The position numbers and the translations under genes are program-made. From NCBI GenBank assembly GCA_947175205.1, contig CAMWLS010000005.1:5209-69208 (forward strand): a stretch of DNA of 64,000 nucleotides, given 5' to 3'. Shown here in pieces: positions 9,464 to 19,166 of the stretch. Below the pieces are notes generated by a model. That model was given only the letters and a program-made list of their open reading frames with translations. It ran no database searches and was not told the DNA's origin. Source of the stretch: an uncultured Porphyromonadaceae bacterium (GTDB lineage Bacteria; Bacteroidota; Bacteroidia; Bacteroidales; Muribaculaceae). Numbering within the stretch: the first letter of the stretch is position 1; every line of letters begins with the position of its first letter.

Positions 9464-10174
9464 ATGACGCAGCAAGAACAGAATTTTTATTACACTCCTG
9501 AATGTAATGAGGAAATAAGGAAACCATCCAATGCTATTTCATGGCTTGGGTTCAGTTTTTCATTGTTTGTATTAATCCTGTTGTGGTTAATTATGCTGTG
9601 GATTCCGGCAAAAGGCGGGAGTGGTTTTCTTCTGGCGACGGGGACCGGCATGGTGATGATATTCTTAGTTATAGGAATTCCGGTTGGGTTTATAGGATTG
9701 GTGCTATCTATTGTTGGAGTGATTAAAGCTGCGAATAATGGGGGCAAGGTTTGGATTAGCACAATGGGATTGATTTTCACAGGTCTTACCATACTAAGCC
9801 TTTTTGTGATTCCCCTTCTCCGCTCTGTCAGCATCCGGGAACCGGCAAAAGTTGAATCTCCGGCCATAAGCGTTGAGAAACAACAGGATAAGGGTTTGAT
9901 TTTTCTTGTAGACGGATACCAATTAAGCTGCTTTGATAATAGGGAGCAGACTGATACAGCACCGTATACCACCCGCATTTCGTATTCTCTTCAGCTTGAA
10001 AAAGAGCTTGAGGTATGGTTTAAAATGCACGAAACAACTGAAGATGACCCTATTTCCCTTTATGTTACTGATGACACGGACTATACGCAGGTGTCAGAAC
10101 TTATGGAGGCACTTGAACTTTTAAACAGAAATAAATTCACTCTCAGGACGGTACAAAAGGATAAGGCAGAATAA
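9464..10174 (+). CDS. Membrane protein: DUF4190-like TM region plus C-terminal ExbD/TolR-like periplasmic domain
   Basis: Three hydrophobic segments; C-terminal ISLYVTDDTDYTQVSELMEAL resembles ExbD; likely ATG at 9464. Confidence 0.5.
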   Translation: MTQQEQNFYYTPECNEEIRKPSNAISWLGFSFSLFVLILLWLIMLWIPAKGGSGFLLATGTGMVMIFLVIGIPVGFIGLVLSIVGVIKAANNGGKVWISTMGLIFTGLTILSLFVIPLLRSVSIREPAKVESPAISVEKQQDKGLIFLVDGYQLSCFDNREQTDTAPYTTRISYSLQLEKELEVWFKMHETTEDDPISLYVTDDTDYTQVSELMEALELLNRNKFTLRTVQKDKAE

Positions 10175-10474
10175 GACAGCGAGTCCTCATCAGCAAGAGT
10201 ATTCACAGCACATTTACAGGGGAAGTCAAGACGCAGGTTAAAAGGCTTTTATGACATATGCCACTTATAAGGCTTTTGAGACTTATATTTGTAGCTTATT
10301 ATTGGGGTGGAGCTGAGAGCAGTTAAACCGGAGGTGGGTATATGCATGCCTCGGTAAGTGAGATAAGAGGGTATTGGATATGGTAAAGCAGGGCTTTTGA
10401 CATAAGAAAAAATGGGCTTTAACGCACTGCAAAAGTACGGAATAAGTGGCCGATAATTATGGAGTAGGATAGTT

Positions 10475-10768
10475 TCAGAACTCAAAACTGATTTTGAGAC
10501 GTCCGCCCAATCCGCGCTCCACAATATCAAAGAGGGTGCGGAGGGTGATGTTCTCGCCATCGTTCTCTATCTTGGAAATGAAAGGTCGTTTTTTGTCTAC
10601 ACGTTCAGCCAACTGCTCTTGGGTGAGATTAAGGCTTTCACGGGCGGTTCTGATTTTGTAGCCGATACGTAGTGCTTCAAGTTCGTTCTCCAAACGGTCG
10701 CGTTCGGGAGTGCCGATTTCTCCATAGTATTTGTTTTTCAGTTGGTCGAGTGTCTGTATATTATCCAT
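10475..10768 (-). CDS. XRE-family HTH antitoxin (HigA-like)
   Basis: IRTARESLNLTQEQLAERVDKKRPFISKIEN helix-turn-helix; start overlaps the toxin stop. Confidence 0.88.
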   Translation of the reverse strand: MDNIQTLDQLKNKYYGEIGTPERDRLENELEALRIGYKIRTARESLNLTQEQLAERVDKKRPFISKIENDGENITLRTLFDIVERGLGGRLKISFEF

Positions 10769-11110
10769 TGTTCTTATTTTTATCGTTATAATATTCTGTC
10801 ATAATTCTCTCTGCTCGTGCAATTTCGCTCGGTGGAGTTTTCTGTGTTTTCTTTTGAAATCCACTGAAAAGAACCACCATTTTGTTGCCGTCGAAGCAAC
10901 AGAAAATCCGGAATATGTTGTTGCCTAATTGAACACGAACTTCAAACAAACCGTTGGTGCCCTCAATATATTTCAAGTAGGTTGATGGCACCCGCTCAAC
11001 TTGCTCAATAATATCAAGTACTTTGATAATCTTGTCTTGAACCTTTTGAGTTTGTTCCTTGAAAAATTCCTCAAAAAATGTTTGTAGATTATAACCTCTC
11101 TAACTTTCAC
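10761..11110 (-). pseudogene. RelE/ParE-type (Gp49/DUF891-like) toxin with a 1-nt frameshift
   Basis: GTG at 11110; 350 nt to the stop, one short of 351. Adding one T to the T6 run at 11073-11078 gives an intact 116-aa VKVREVIIYKHFFEEFF...LFEVRV...FRIF...FQKKTQKTP protein. Confidence 0.8.
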
Positions 11111-11114
11111 GTCG

Positions 11115-11122
11115 CAAAGGTA
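11115..11122 (-). promoter_or_regulatory. -7 element of the toxin-antitoxin promoter; transcript probably leaderless
   Basis: TACCTTTG ends 4 nt before the GTG start. Confidence 0.55.
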
Positions 11123-11261
11123 ATTAATAAATTACATCTACACAAATATAACGCGTAGCTTCTTCAAAAGGTTTTAAAAAAAATAGCCGTTTATGAGAAT
11201 TTTTTATGCGGCTTTTGCACCTTATGCGTCTTATACGTTTTAAGAGAATTATTTATGTTAT

Positions 11262-11370
11262 GGGAACGGGCGGAGTGAACGGAACGGAGTGAACGGGACG
11301 GGAAACGGGGCCGGATGACAGGGCCGGGTTACGGGCAGAAGGGACCGGGGCCGCGATTAGATGGCGGGGG
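11262..11370 (+). repeat. G-rich low-complexity tract with a 14-nt tandem repeat and multiple G3+ runs
   Basis: GGAGTGAACGGAAC/GGAGTGAACGGGAC; GGG runs at 11262, 11268, 11295, 11300, 11307, 11321, 11326, 11333, 11341, 11347 and 11366. Confidence 0.75.
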
Positions 11371-12013
11371 TGGAGAGGAAGAGGGTGAGGAGGGTGACGG
11401 TGAGGCCTAAGAGGACGCCGGCAAAGACTTGACCGAGGGTGTGGCGGTGAAGGAGAAGTCTGGCGGTACATACCCAGCCTGTGAGAAGTGTGAAGATGGA
11501 AACGAGGAGGAGTGGAGCAACGGGGAGGAGGTGCTGATAGCCTAGCCAGTAGATAAGTGCAAGGAGCTGAGCCATGGCTGTGGTGTGCCCGCTGATTTTC
11601 CAACGGAAGGTTATAATGAACCCTATCAGGGTGGTGGCTATTCCGCTTATGAAAAAGAGCCACATCCATATGGGTGCATGAGCATGACGCAGGTACAGGA
11701 TGGCTCCTGTAAGTCCCACAATTATGGCGGCTGCAGGCACAAAACGTTCTTTGCGTTTGTGGAGGCTGAAATCTTTTACTTTTCCCAGTGATATGAGACC
11801 AAATATCACTGCCGTGGGAAAGAGCGCCGTCATGGCAGCGATTACTATGGTGATATTAACTCTCAGTGGCTCAGGAAGAAACTGAAGGGGAGTAAGCCAT
11901 AGCATGGCAGCCATGCCATATGTGGGAATGAGCAGAGGTGAAAAGACGTCACTGCTTATCTGGGCCATGCGCTGTATTATATGGCTGAGGTCTCTGTGTG
12001 AATGTGTAATCAT
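11357..12013 (-). CDS. PAP2-like integral membrane protein
   Basis: About 6 TM helices; KISGH and ARLLLHRHTLGQVFAG resemble the PAP2 C2/C3 motifs. Confidence 0.65.
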   Translation of the reverse strand: MITHSHRDLSHIIQRMAQISSDVFSPLLIPTYGMAAMLWLTPLQFLPEPLRVNITIVIAAMTALFPTAVIFGLISLGKVKDFSLHKRKERFVPAAAIIVGLTGAILYLRHAHAPIWMWLFFISGIATTLIGFIITFRWKISGHTTAMAQLLALIYWLGYQHLLPVAPLLLVSIFTLLTGWVCTARLLLHRHTLGQVFAGVLLGLTVTLLTLFLSTPAI

Positions 12014-12024
12014 GGATACGGGTG

Positions 12025-13476
12025 TTATTGTTGTTTTCTTAAACGGGCCACCGGGATGCCCATTTCTTCGCGGTATTTTGCCACTGTACGGCGAGCGGTG
12101 GGAAATCCCTGCTGTTCAAGCATGGTGGCCAGTGAGCGGTCAGAGAGGGGATGGTGTTTGTCTTCTCCTTCTATAATTTTTTTCAGTGCCTGCATGATTT
12201 TAACGGAGGTAAGGGTCTGGGTATCTTTACGCGGAACATTGAAGAATGTTTTCAGGGGGAGGAGTGACTGTCCCGTGAGTACGTATTTGCCTGAGGTGGC
12301 GCGCGATATGACAGAGGGATCAAGTCCGGTGAGCTTATGAATGTCTGCCAGACGCATGGGACGGAGATCCGCAGGGTCTTCCGTGATGAAAAAACGGTGC
12401 TGCCATGCTGCAATGGCCTTCATTACGGTCATGAGGGTGTCAGCTCTCATGCGCAGTGTACGGATGAAGGCTGCGGCATCATCATGACGACTTTTGAGGA
12501 AGGTATATGCCTGGCGTGAACGCGGAGTGTCAGAATCAGCGGGCTCCGGGATGCGTGAGATGTCAAAGGTCTCATCAATGGCCAGGTCCGGATGATTATT
12601 AAGGAGGGAAATATGGAGCTTGTCTCCAGAGTCTACAGAAACGCTGAAATCCGGAGTTATGGCATGTGAGCGGTCAAAGGCCCCCGATCCCTCAAGGAGA
12701 GAGCCAGGCTTCGGGTTAAGGCTTTTAATAAGGTCAAGGGCACTATGGAAAAGAGTGTCATCCACACCCAGCCTGCTCTGCAGGCGTGTGAAGTGCATTT
12801 TGGAAAACAGGTCAAAGTTATCCGCCACTATGTCCACGGCCACTTGCTGCACAGGCGAAGGATTCATGCGGCGCAGTTGCAACAGAAGGCAGTCACGCAG
12901 GTCAATGGCTCCGATACCGGGCGGGTCAAGCTCACGCACCACGGCGGCAACGCGACGTACTTCAGCTACCGAGATGTCCAGTCCCATGCTGATGGATATG
13001 TCATCTGCCAGTTCGCGGTAACCACGTGTAAGATAACCGTTGGAGTCCAGACTTCCTATAATATAGTCAGCAATGAGGCGGTCTGTCTCTGACAGACTGC
13101 GCATGCCCAGCTGACGCTCAAGTCTGGATATCATGTTTTCATCTGAGGTCACTACAGGCTCAAAGGCAGCGGCATCAGAGAAAGTCCTGCCGCTGTCAGG
13201 ACGGTAAAATGGTGTTTCTTCCTCATTAGTGAAGTCAGCGGCCTGGAGCTGTTCAGCGGTTTCATCAAAAGAGTCATCAGTGCCTGCTGAGGCCGGGTCT
13301 TGTTCCGGTGAAGATTCCACCAGAGCCGGATTCTCCTCCAGGGCATTACGTATATTTTCCTCCAGTTCCGCACCTGACATTTCCAGATAGCGACCCAGTA
13401 AAACCTGCTGAGGGTTCAGACGCTGCTGGAGCGTCTGATTCTGCTGCAGTGATGTGCTCTGTGAATTTCCGGTCAT
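12025..13476 (-). CDS. rpoN: RNA polymerase sigma-54 factor
   Basis: Gln-rich N-terminus; RpoN box ARRTVAKYREEMGIP. Confidence 0.97.
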   Translation of the reverse strand: MTGNSQSTSLQQNQTLQQRLNPQQVLLGRYLEMSGAELEENIRNALEENPALVESSPEQDPASAGTDDSFDETAEQLQAADFTNEEETPFYRPDSGRTFSDAAAFEPVVTSDENMISRLERQLGMRSLSETDRLIADYIIGSLDSNGYLTRGYRELADDISISMGLDISVAEVRRVAAVVRELDPPGIGAIDLRDCLLLQLRRMNPSPVQQVAVDIVADNFDLFSKMHFTRLQSRLGVDDTLFHSALDLIKSLNPKPGSLLEGSGAFDRSHAITPDFSVSVDSGDKLHISLLNNHPDLAIDETFDISRIPEPADSDTPRSRQAYTFLKSRHDDAAAFIRTLRMRADTLMTVMKAIAAWQHRFFITEDPADLRPMRLADIHKLTGLDPSVISRATSGKYVLTGQSLLPLKTFFNVPRKDTQTLTSVKIMQALKKIIEGEDKHHPLSDRSLATMLEQQGFPTARRTVAKYREEMGIPVARLRKQQ

Positions 13477-13482
13477 AATCCA

Positions 13483-14244
13483 TTAATCACCATCATATAT
13501 ACAGTGAACCTTTCCCACGGGCAGGCTGCCTTCCAGTCTGATGGGTATGCGACGGGTATCAGCTGATATCCAAGCGTCCATATCATCAGAGGTTTTGGTG
13601 CGGTTTTCACCGGTAAAGATGAAGGTTATATGATAACACTTGTACTGTCTTTTTGAGGACTTAACGGTTTCTATACCGTGATATTTAATGGTGAGAAGTT
13701 CCTTACGCTTCCCTGAGAAGATGTTTACAGTCACGGTGTGGCCGGGCTTCCATTTCTCATAAGGCAGCGTGCGCATGTAGTAAAAGGATGACAGCATGTC
13801 CAGAGTGGTACCGTAAGCTTCCAGCTCTGTCTTGTGGTTATTCACCGTCACTTTACCTTTCTTCTCCACATAACGGTTACATGAGCCCTTGACACGCGAG
13901 CCCAGATAAGAAAAATTCACCACATCATGCTTAAACTCACTACTTTCATGCGCTCTTTTTTCATAGCGCAGGGGTTTGAGCCCATCACGCTGCATGGTGC
14001 CAAGAAGAGTATCCCTGACGCTGTAAATCTTATCAGCCCATGGCTGAGAGCGGGCCACCAGTGAAGTCTGATAGCGAGTACCGTCATTACGGAGGGTGAG
14101 CGTGGCGGTTCCGGCCTGTTTATTAACCAAGCCCCACTTAAACATCACCTTATACTGTAAGGATTCATTACTGAACCCTGTGGCGGCTGCCCGCAGAGAG
14201 CAAGTCAGGATTAGAAACAGAGATATAATGAGATGCTTTTTCAT
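13483..14244 (-). CDS. DUF3108 family secreted protein
   Basis: Signal peptide; ESLQYKVMFKWG, DMLSSFYYMR, RIPIRLEGSLPVG; start refined to 14244. Confidence 0.7.
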   Translation of the reverse strand: MKKHLIISLFLILTCSLRAAATGFSNESLQYKVMFKWGLVNKQAGTATLTLRNDGTRYQTSLVARSQPWADKIYSVRDTLLGTMQRDGLKPLRYEKRAHESSEFKHDVVNFSYLGSRVKGSCNRYVEKKGKVTVNNHKTELEAYGTTLDMLSSFYYMRTLPYEKWKPGHTVTVNIFSGKRKELLTIKYHGIETVKSSKRQYKCYHITFIFTGENRTKTSDDMDAWISADTRRIPIRLEGSLPVGKVHCIYDGD

Positions 14245-14263
14245 GTGAGCGTATAAGAAAAGT

Positions 14264-14704
14264 TTAAACAGGGATTTTAATAACCAGCTTTTTATGGTTG
14301 CCAATACCTATATTGGGGGCATGAGCATCTTCCGGGAAAAAGACAGCGGCCTGACCGGGTATGACATGGAGCAGGCTGACGGCCGTATCCCCAAAGAACT
14401 CGCAGTCAGTTTCAGTGTCATAAGCGCCTCTGGGATAGCGCAAAGAGGCCGTTGGTGCCCACCCCATGAGTTCATCACCTTTAAGGGGCACATGAATATC
14501 AATAAAGCGCCTGTGAGCCTCCAGAGTGGCTTTCTCCCTGGGCTTCATGGCCACTGTCTCACATGATGCAGACACACCCTCAGGGAGATTCTGCAGGAGG
14601 GAATCATCTCCGTTCAGGTAAGCGTCAAGCCATGAGAAAACAGCGGGCATGGCTTCAGATGTGCCGCTGTATCTGCTCAAGTCTTTTATTTCACAAAGTA
14701 TCAT
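14264..14704 (-). CDS. YhcH/YjgK/YiaL (NanQ, DUF386) family protein
   Basis: EAHRRFIDIH, FFPEDAHAP. Confidence 0.88.
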   Translation of the reverse strand: MILCEIKDLSRYSGTSEAMPAVFSWLDAYLNGDDSLLQNLPEGVSASCETVAMKPREKATLEAHRRFIDIHVPLKGDELMGWAPTASLRYPRGAYDTETDCEFFGDTAVSLLHVIPGQAAVFFPEDAHAPNIGIGNHKKLVIKIPV

Positions 14705-14719
14705 AATCAGAAAAGAAGT

Positions 14720-15394
14720 TTAAAGTACAGACTCCGGCTGAGCATCATCTGCCGGGTCAATAGAAATTTCATCAAAGAGCGGAAGCGCAGCGCGTGACAT
14801 CTGCTCAATGCGGCGGTTGCGCCAGCACTTGCGGCACACGGCCACATAACGCTCATCACCGCCAATCATCACCTGAGCACCTTCATCCACAATTCCGCCA
14901 TTAGCATCCAAACGGGCATTGATTATGGTCTTATGTCCGCAGTTACATGTACTCTTTATTTCATCAATGGTGTCAGCAATCTCAAATAAGCGCCGTGAGC
15001 CCTCAAAGAGGTGGCTCTTGAAGTCAGTGCGCAGACCGTAACAGACAACATTGCTGCCGTAATCATCCACCACACGTGAGAGCTGATCCACCTGGCGGGC
15101 TGTAAGGAACTGAGCCTCATCCACCAGAAACCAGTCAATGAGTTCTCCGCGGCTGCGGAAAATGTTACGTATGGTGTGGTAAAGGTCAGTATCAGGATAA
15201 ATCCAAGTACATTCACGCTCAATGCCAATGCGGGAACGTATGACGTTAGAGCCCTCTCGAGTATCTACGGCGGGTTTCATGCACACGTAGTTAATGTGGC
15301 GTTCCTCAAAGTTATATGCAGTGGTGAGCAGCAGGGCTGTCTTAGCAGAGCCCATGGTGCCGTAGCGGAAGTAAAGCTTACCTTTACGATACAT
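14720..15394 (-). CDS. tdk: Thymidine kinase
   Basis: GTMGSAKT P-loop, VDEAQF, YGLRTDF, zinc ligands CNC...CRKC. Confidence 0.95.
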   Translation of the reverse strand: MYRKGKLYFRYGTMGSAKTALLLTTAYNFEERHINYVCMKPAVDTREGSNVIRSRIGIERECTWIYPDTDLYHTIRNIFRSRGELIDWFLVDEAQFLTARQVDQLSRVVDDYGSNVVCYGLRTDFKSHLFEGSRRLFEIADTIDEIKSTCNCGHKTIINARLDANGGIVDEGAQVMIGGDERYVAVCRKCWRNRRIEQMSRAALPLFDEISIDPADDAQPESVL

Positions 15395-15647
15395 GACAGA
15401 GAGTTATGATGTGTGGTTTATCTTCAGAGAAAAACGGGATGCGGCCTAATCAAGCATAAAGAGAACGCCGCCGTCAATGTTTTAGGGCGTAAAGTTACAA
15501 AAAAATATTTCCTTATGCATGTTCTGAGCCTGAGATTTATTATATCTTTGTGGCAGCAAAGGGATAAACAGCTGAGTGGCCCGCACATAGGACAGAACCC
15601 TCAGAGTGCCCCATGCGTTAAAGAGAGAAAAAATAAGAGAATTACCA

Positions 15648-16511
15648 ATGAAACTTGACGGACGCAGACTTAGCAATAACGTAGTGGACAAGCGCGGCTC
15701 TCACACGGGACGCAACATAGGTATAGGCGGAGGAATAGTAGGAGTGGTTGTTGCAGCCGTAATCACTCTTCTTTCCGGCGGAAACATGGGCGATGTGGTA
15801 AACCAGGTCATACAGTCAAACTTTACCTACGCAGATAATTATCAGCCCACGGCCGAGGACGAGCGCCTGGCTGAGCTGAGTTCCAAAGTCCTTGCCGGAA
15901 CCGAGGACGTATGGACAGAAGAATTCCGCAAGCAAGGCTGGGGAGAATATCAGCCACCTAAACTGGTGCTTTTTAACGGGAGCGTGAACTCCGGTTGCGG
16001 TCATGCCACATCGCAGACCGGTCCTTTTTACTGCTCGGCAGACCAGACAGTTTATCTGGACCTGGCGTTCTTCCGCGAGATGCAGAGCCAGATAGGGGCT
16101 TCTGGAGATTTTGCGTACGCCTACGTGATAGCTCATGAGGTGGGGCACCATGTGCAGTATCTTTTAGGGACCTTACAGGAGGCTCACAACCGGATGGGAC
16201 GCATGAGCGCTGCTGACGCCAACAAGATGAGCGTGCGCCTGGAGCTGCAGGCTGACTACTATGCCGGCGTGTGGGCTCACCGAGACAATGAGATGTTCAA
16301 CTCCCTGGAACCGGGTGACGTGGAGAACGCCATAAACGCCGCCTCAAAGATTGGTGATGACTATCTGCAGCGTAAAGCAACGGGGCGCGTCAACCCTGAG
16401 ACTTTCAACCACGGCACATCAGCACAGCGCACCCGTTGGCTCCAGAAAGGTGTCAACACCGGCGATCCCCTGCAGGGTGATACATTCAGCCCATCATACA
16501 CCAGCCTGTAA
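15648..16511 (+). CDS. Neutral zinc metallopeptidase (YpfJ-like)
   Basis: GPFYC, AHEVGHHVQ, ELQADYYAG, HGTSAQR; start refined to 15648. Confidence 0.9.
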   Translation: MKLDGRRLSNNVVDKRGSHTGRNIGIGGGIVGVVVAAVITLLSGGNMGDVVNQVIQSNFTYADNYQPTAEDERLAELSSKVLAGTEDVWTEEFRKQGWGEYQPPKLVLFNGSVNSGCGHATSQTGPFYCSADQTVYLDLAFFREMQSQIGASGDFAYAYVIAHEVGHHVQYLLGTLQEAHNRMGRMSAADANKMSVRLELQADYYAGVWAHRDNEMFNSLEPGDVENAINAASKIGDDYLQRKATGRVNPETFNHGTSAQRTRWLQKGVNTGDPLQGDTFSPSYTSL

Positions 16512-17549
16512 ATGAGAGATAGCGCAAGAGATCTGCTTTATATGCGGCGTGCTCTGGAGTTAGCCGCCCACGGACGTGCCGGAGCCTCGCCCAACCCCAT
16601 GGTGGGGGCTGTGATAGTATCAGAGGACCGTATAATAGGCCAGGGATGGCACAGACGCTGCGGCGGATCCCATGCAGAGGTAAACGCCATGCGCTCAGTC
16701 AGAGAGTGTGACCGCCATCTGCTGAGCCGCTCAACCATGTATGTAACCCTTGAGCCCTGCGCCCATTACGGGAAGACCCCACCCTGCGCCACCATGCTGG
16801 CAACCAGCGAGATAAAGCGTGTGGTGATAGGCATAAGAGATATATTTTCCAAGGTCAACGGCAAGGGTATCAGTATATTGCAAGAGGCCGGAAAGGAAGT
16901 GTGCATACTTGGCGAAAAGTACCCCGAGATACGCCGTGAGTGCGAGAGCCTGAACGCACATTTCATAACAGCACACCGGCTGCACAGGCCATTCATCACT
17001 CTGAAATGGGCTCAGAGCCGCGACGGATTTATGGATGTAAGACGCACGGCTGTTCACCCCGGCGCCTTGAAGCTGTCTACTCCACTGAGCCTGACAGCCA
17101 TGCACCGTTACAGGGCCACCCATGACGCCGTTGTGGCCGGAGCGGTCACAGTCATGTCAGACCGGCCGTCACTGACACTGAGATACTTTGGCGGCTACAC
17201 TCCGCAGCCCGTGATTCTGCAAGGCCACACTCACAAAGCCGATGTCCATGAAGGCTGGCTCAGTATCAGCCCCGAGGTGAGTCACGACCTTCCGAAACTA
17301 CTTAAAGCGCTGTATGACAGAAATATAATCTCAGTATTGGTGGAAGGCGGAGGAGAAGTCCTGAACAGTTTCATCAATGCCGGGCTATGGGATATGGCCA
17401 GGGTGGAGGTGGCACAGGTGCATACCGGTGAAGACGGGCGCTGCAAAGCGCCGGAGGTGACGGGTGTTCCTGCCAAAGAAGTATCATACGGGGGAAACAA
17501 AGTGTGGATTTATGTAAATAATCCGCTGGTGGACGTTAAAAACATATAA
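16512..17549 (+). CDS. ribD: Riboflavin biosynthesis deaminase/reductase
   Basis: PNPMVGAV, HAE, EPCAHYGKTPPC, VEGGG. Confidence 0.96.
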   Translation: MRDSARDLLYMRRALELAAHGRAGASPNPMVGAVIVSEDRIIGQGWHRRCGGSHAEVNAMRSVRECDRHLLSRSTMYVTLEPCAHYGKTPPCATMLATSEIKRVVIGIRDIFSKVNGKGISILQEAGKEVCILGEKYPEIRRECESLNAHFITAHRLHRPFITLKWAQSRDGFMDVRRTAVHPGALKLSTPLSLTAMHRYRATHDAVVAGAVTVMSDRPSLTLRYFGGYTPQPVILQGHTHKADVHEGWLSISPEVSHDLPKLLKALYDRNIISVLVEGGGEVLNSFINAGLWDMARVEVAQVHTGEDGRCKAPEVTGVPAKEVSYGGNKVWIYVNNPLVDVKNI

Positions 17550-17680
17550 AAGTGGTGGAGCGGGGAGCTTTTGGCTTACTTTTCCGCAGCAAGGGTTGTG
17601 CCATTTGAGGCAAAATTTTAATTTTGCACGTTGAAACTGTATTTTCAAGGCCTTGAGGCCCACTTTTAACGACAACATTT

Positions 17681-19156
17681 ATGCTTAAACAATTCATACC
17701 GGGACTTGCGGGAGTGATGTTACTGGGCGCTCTGGCCGGATGTAACTCAGAAGAAGAGCCGTCAGAGCTGACTTCCACCAATGTGGAGGTGACATCTTTC
17801 TATTTCAAGAATTCAGAACGCAATCCCTACGCTGACTCCGTGTTTTTCAGCATAGACCTGGCAAATGCGCAGATATTCAATGCGGACTCCCTGCCTTACG
17901 GCTATGATGTCACACGTATGGTGCCCTATATAGCCACCGGCGGAGCCAAGAACGTGGAATTAGAGGTGAGCCGGAGCGGCAAGGCAGATACTGTGTACAA
18001 TTACACCACAAACTCAACAGACTCCATTGACTTTACCCATCCCGTGAAGCTGCGCCTGCTGTCACTCTCAGGGACAGTGGAACGCACATATACCATTACG
18101 GTGAACGTGCACAAGGTGAAGGCTGACTCCCTGGTGTGGGACCGCCAGGAGATGACCGCGCTTCCCACCCCATATGCCGCCCCGGTGGCACAGCGCACGG
18201 TGCAGATGAATGAGACTCTTTACTGTATGAGTACTGACGGCAGCACTTATGCCGTGGCCCGCAACAGTAACCCCGCAGAATGGCAGTGGGAAACTGCAAG
18301 CGCAAATATCCCGCAGGCCGCAGACATTAACACACTTGCAGCCACAGACAGAGAGCTGTTTATGCTCACAGAGAGTGGCGAGCTGATTAAATCAGAGGAC
18401 GGCCGGGAGTGGACCTCAACGGGTTCAGTAAACTGGGCCGGTCTTTACGGCGGTTTTGAAAGCGTTATTTACGGTGCGGTGAAGCTGCCTGACGGCACTG
18501 TGATGCTGGAAAGCTATCCGTCACGCAACTGTGACAATACCCTTCCGGAAGGGATGCCTGTGAGCGGTACCAGCGTTCCGGTGACATATCACTTTGAGTA
18601 CTCCATGCGCCCCATGATGATTATCTGCGGCGGCCGTCAGGCTAACGGTGAGTTAAGTGACAGAGTATGGGGCTTTGACGGCTATTCATTCATAGAGCTG
18701 AGTGTTACCCCCATGCTTAAAGCCATGACGGACATGACAGTCATTCCCTACTTTGCATACAGAGAAAGCACTTACTGGAAGTCATATGAGTATCCGGCTC
18801 TTGTGGCCATGGGAGGCGTGACTGCTGACGGCAAGCAGAATGACACTGTGTATATATCCTATGATTATGGCATGAACTGGCGTAAGGCGGGAGCTCTGAT
18901 GCAGCTGCCTGACTACCTGAAACCCTTCAGCCACGCTCAGGCGTATGTGTACAAGAGTACGCTCACAGATGCGCAGCAGAAAAGCGTATGGCGCAAGGCA
19001 GGACGTAATATGCCCCAGTGGCGCGTGATTAAACCGGTTACTGAATGGGAATGCCCGTACATATATCTGTTTGGCGGAATACAGGCAGACGGACAGCTGA
19101 GCAACACTGTATGGCGCGCCGTTATCAACCGTCTGACATTCAAGCCCATAATTTGA
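17681..19156 (+). CDS. DUF6242-like surface lipoprotein
   Basis: Lipobox LAGC followed by acidic residues; IFNADSLPYG; conserved position upstream of porG-uppS-bamA. Confidence 0.65.
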   Translation: MLKQFIPGLAGVMLLGALAGCNSEEEPSELTSTNVEVTSFYFKNSERNPYADSVFFSIDLANAQIFNADSLPYGYDVTRMVPYIATGGAKNVELEVSRSGKADTVYNYTTNSTDSIDFTHPVKLRLLSLSGTVERTYTITVNVHKVKADSLVWDRQEMTALPTPYAAPVAQRTVQMNETLYCMSTDGSTYAVARNSNPAEWQWETASANIPQAADINTLAATDRELFMLTESGELIKSEDGREWTSTGSVNWAGLYGGFESVIYGAVKLPDGTVMLESYPSRNCDNTLPEGMPVSGTSVPVTYHFEYSMRPMMIICGGRQANGELSDRVWGFDGYSFIELSVTPMLKAMTDMTVIPYFAYRESTYWKSYEYPALVAMGGVTADGKQNDTVYISYDYGMNWRKAGALMQLPDYLKPFSHAQAYVYKSTLTDAQQKSVWRKAGRNMPQWRVIKPVTEWECPYIYLFGGIQADGQLSNTVWRAVINRLTFKPII

Positions 19157-19166
19157 TAAGTATAAC

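Noticed and set aside
10175-10474. 300-nt gap between convergent genes as a possible sRNA or IS remnant
   Set aside because: No terminal repeats, stable hairpin or recognisable coding remnant; the 103-aa ORF there looks spurious
10761-10991. ORF-track 76-aa toxin starting at GTG 10991 as the true gene
   Set aside because: It lacks the conserved N-terminal third, which is present upstream in another frame next to the promoter
11271-11298. Tandem 14-mers as a CRISPR remnant
   Set aside because: Only two adjacent units, no spacers and no cas genes
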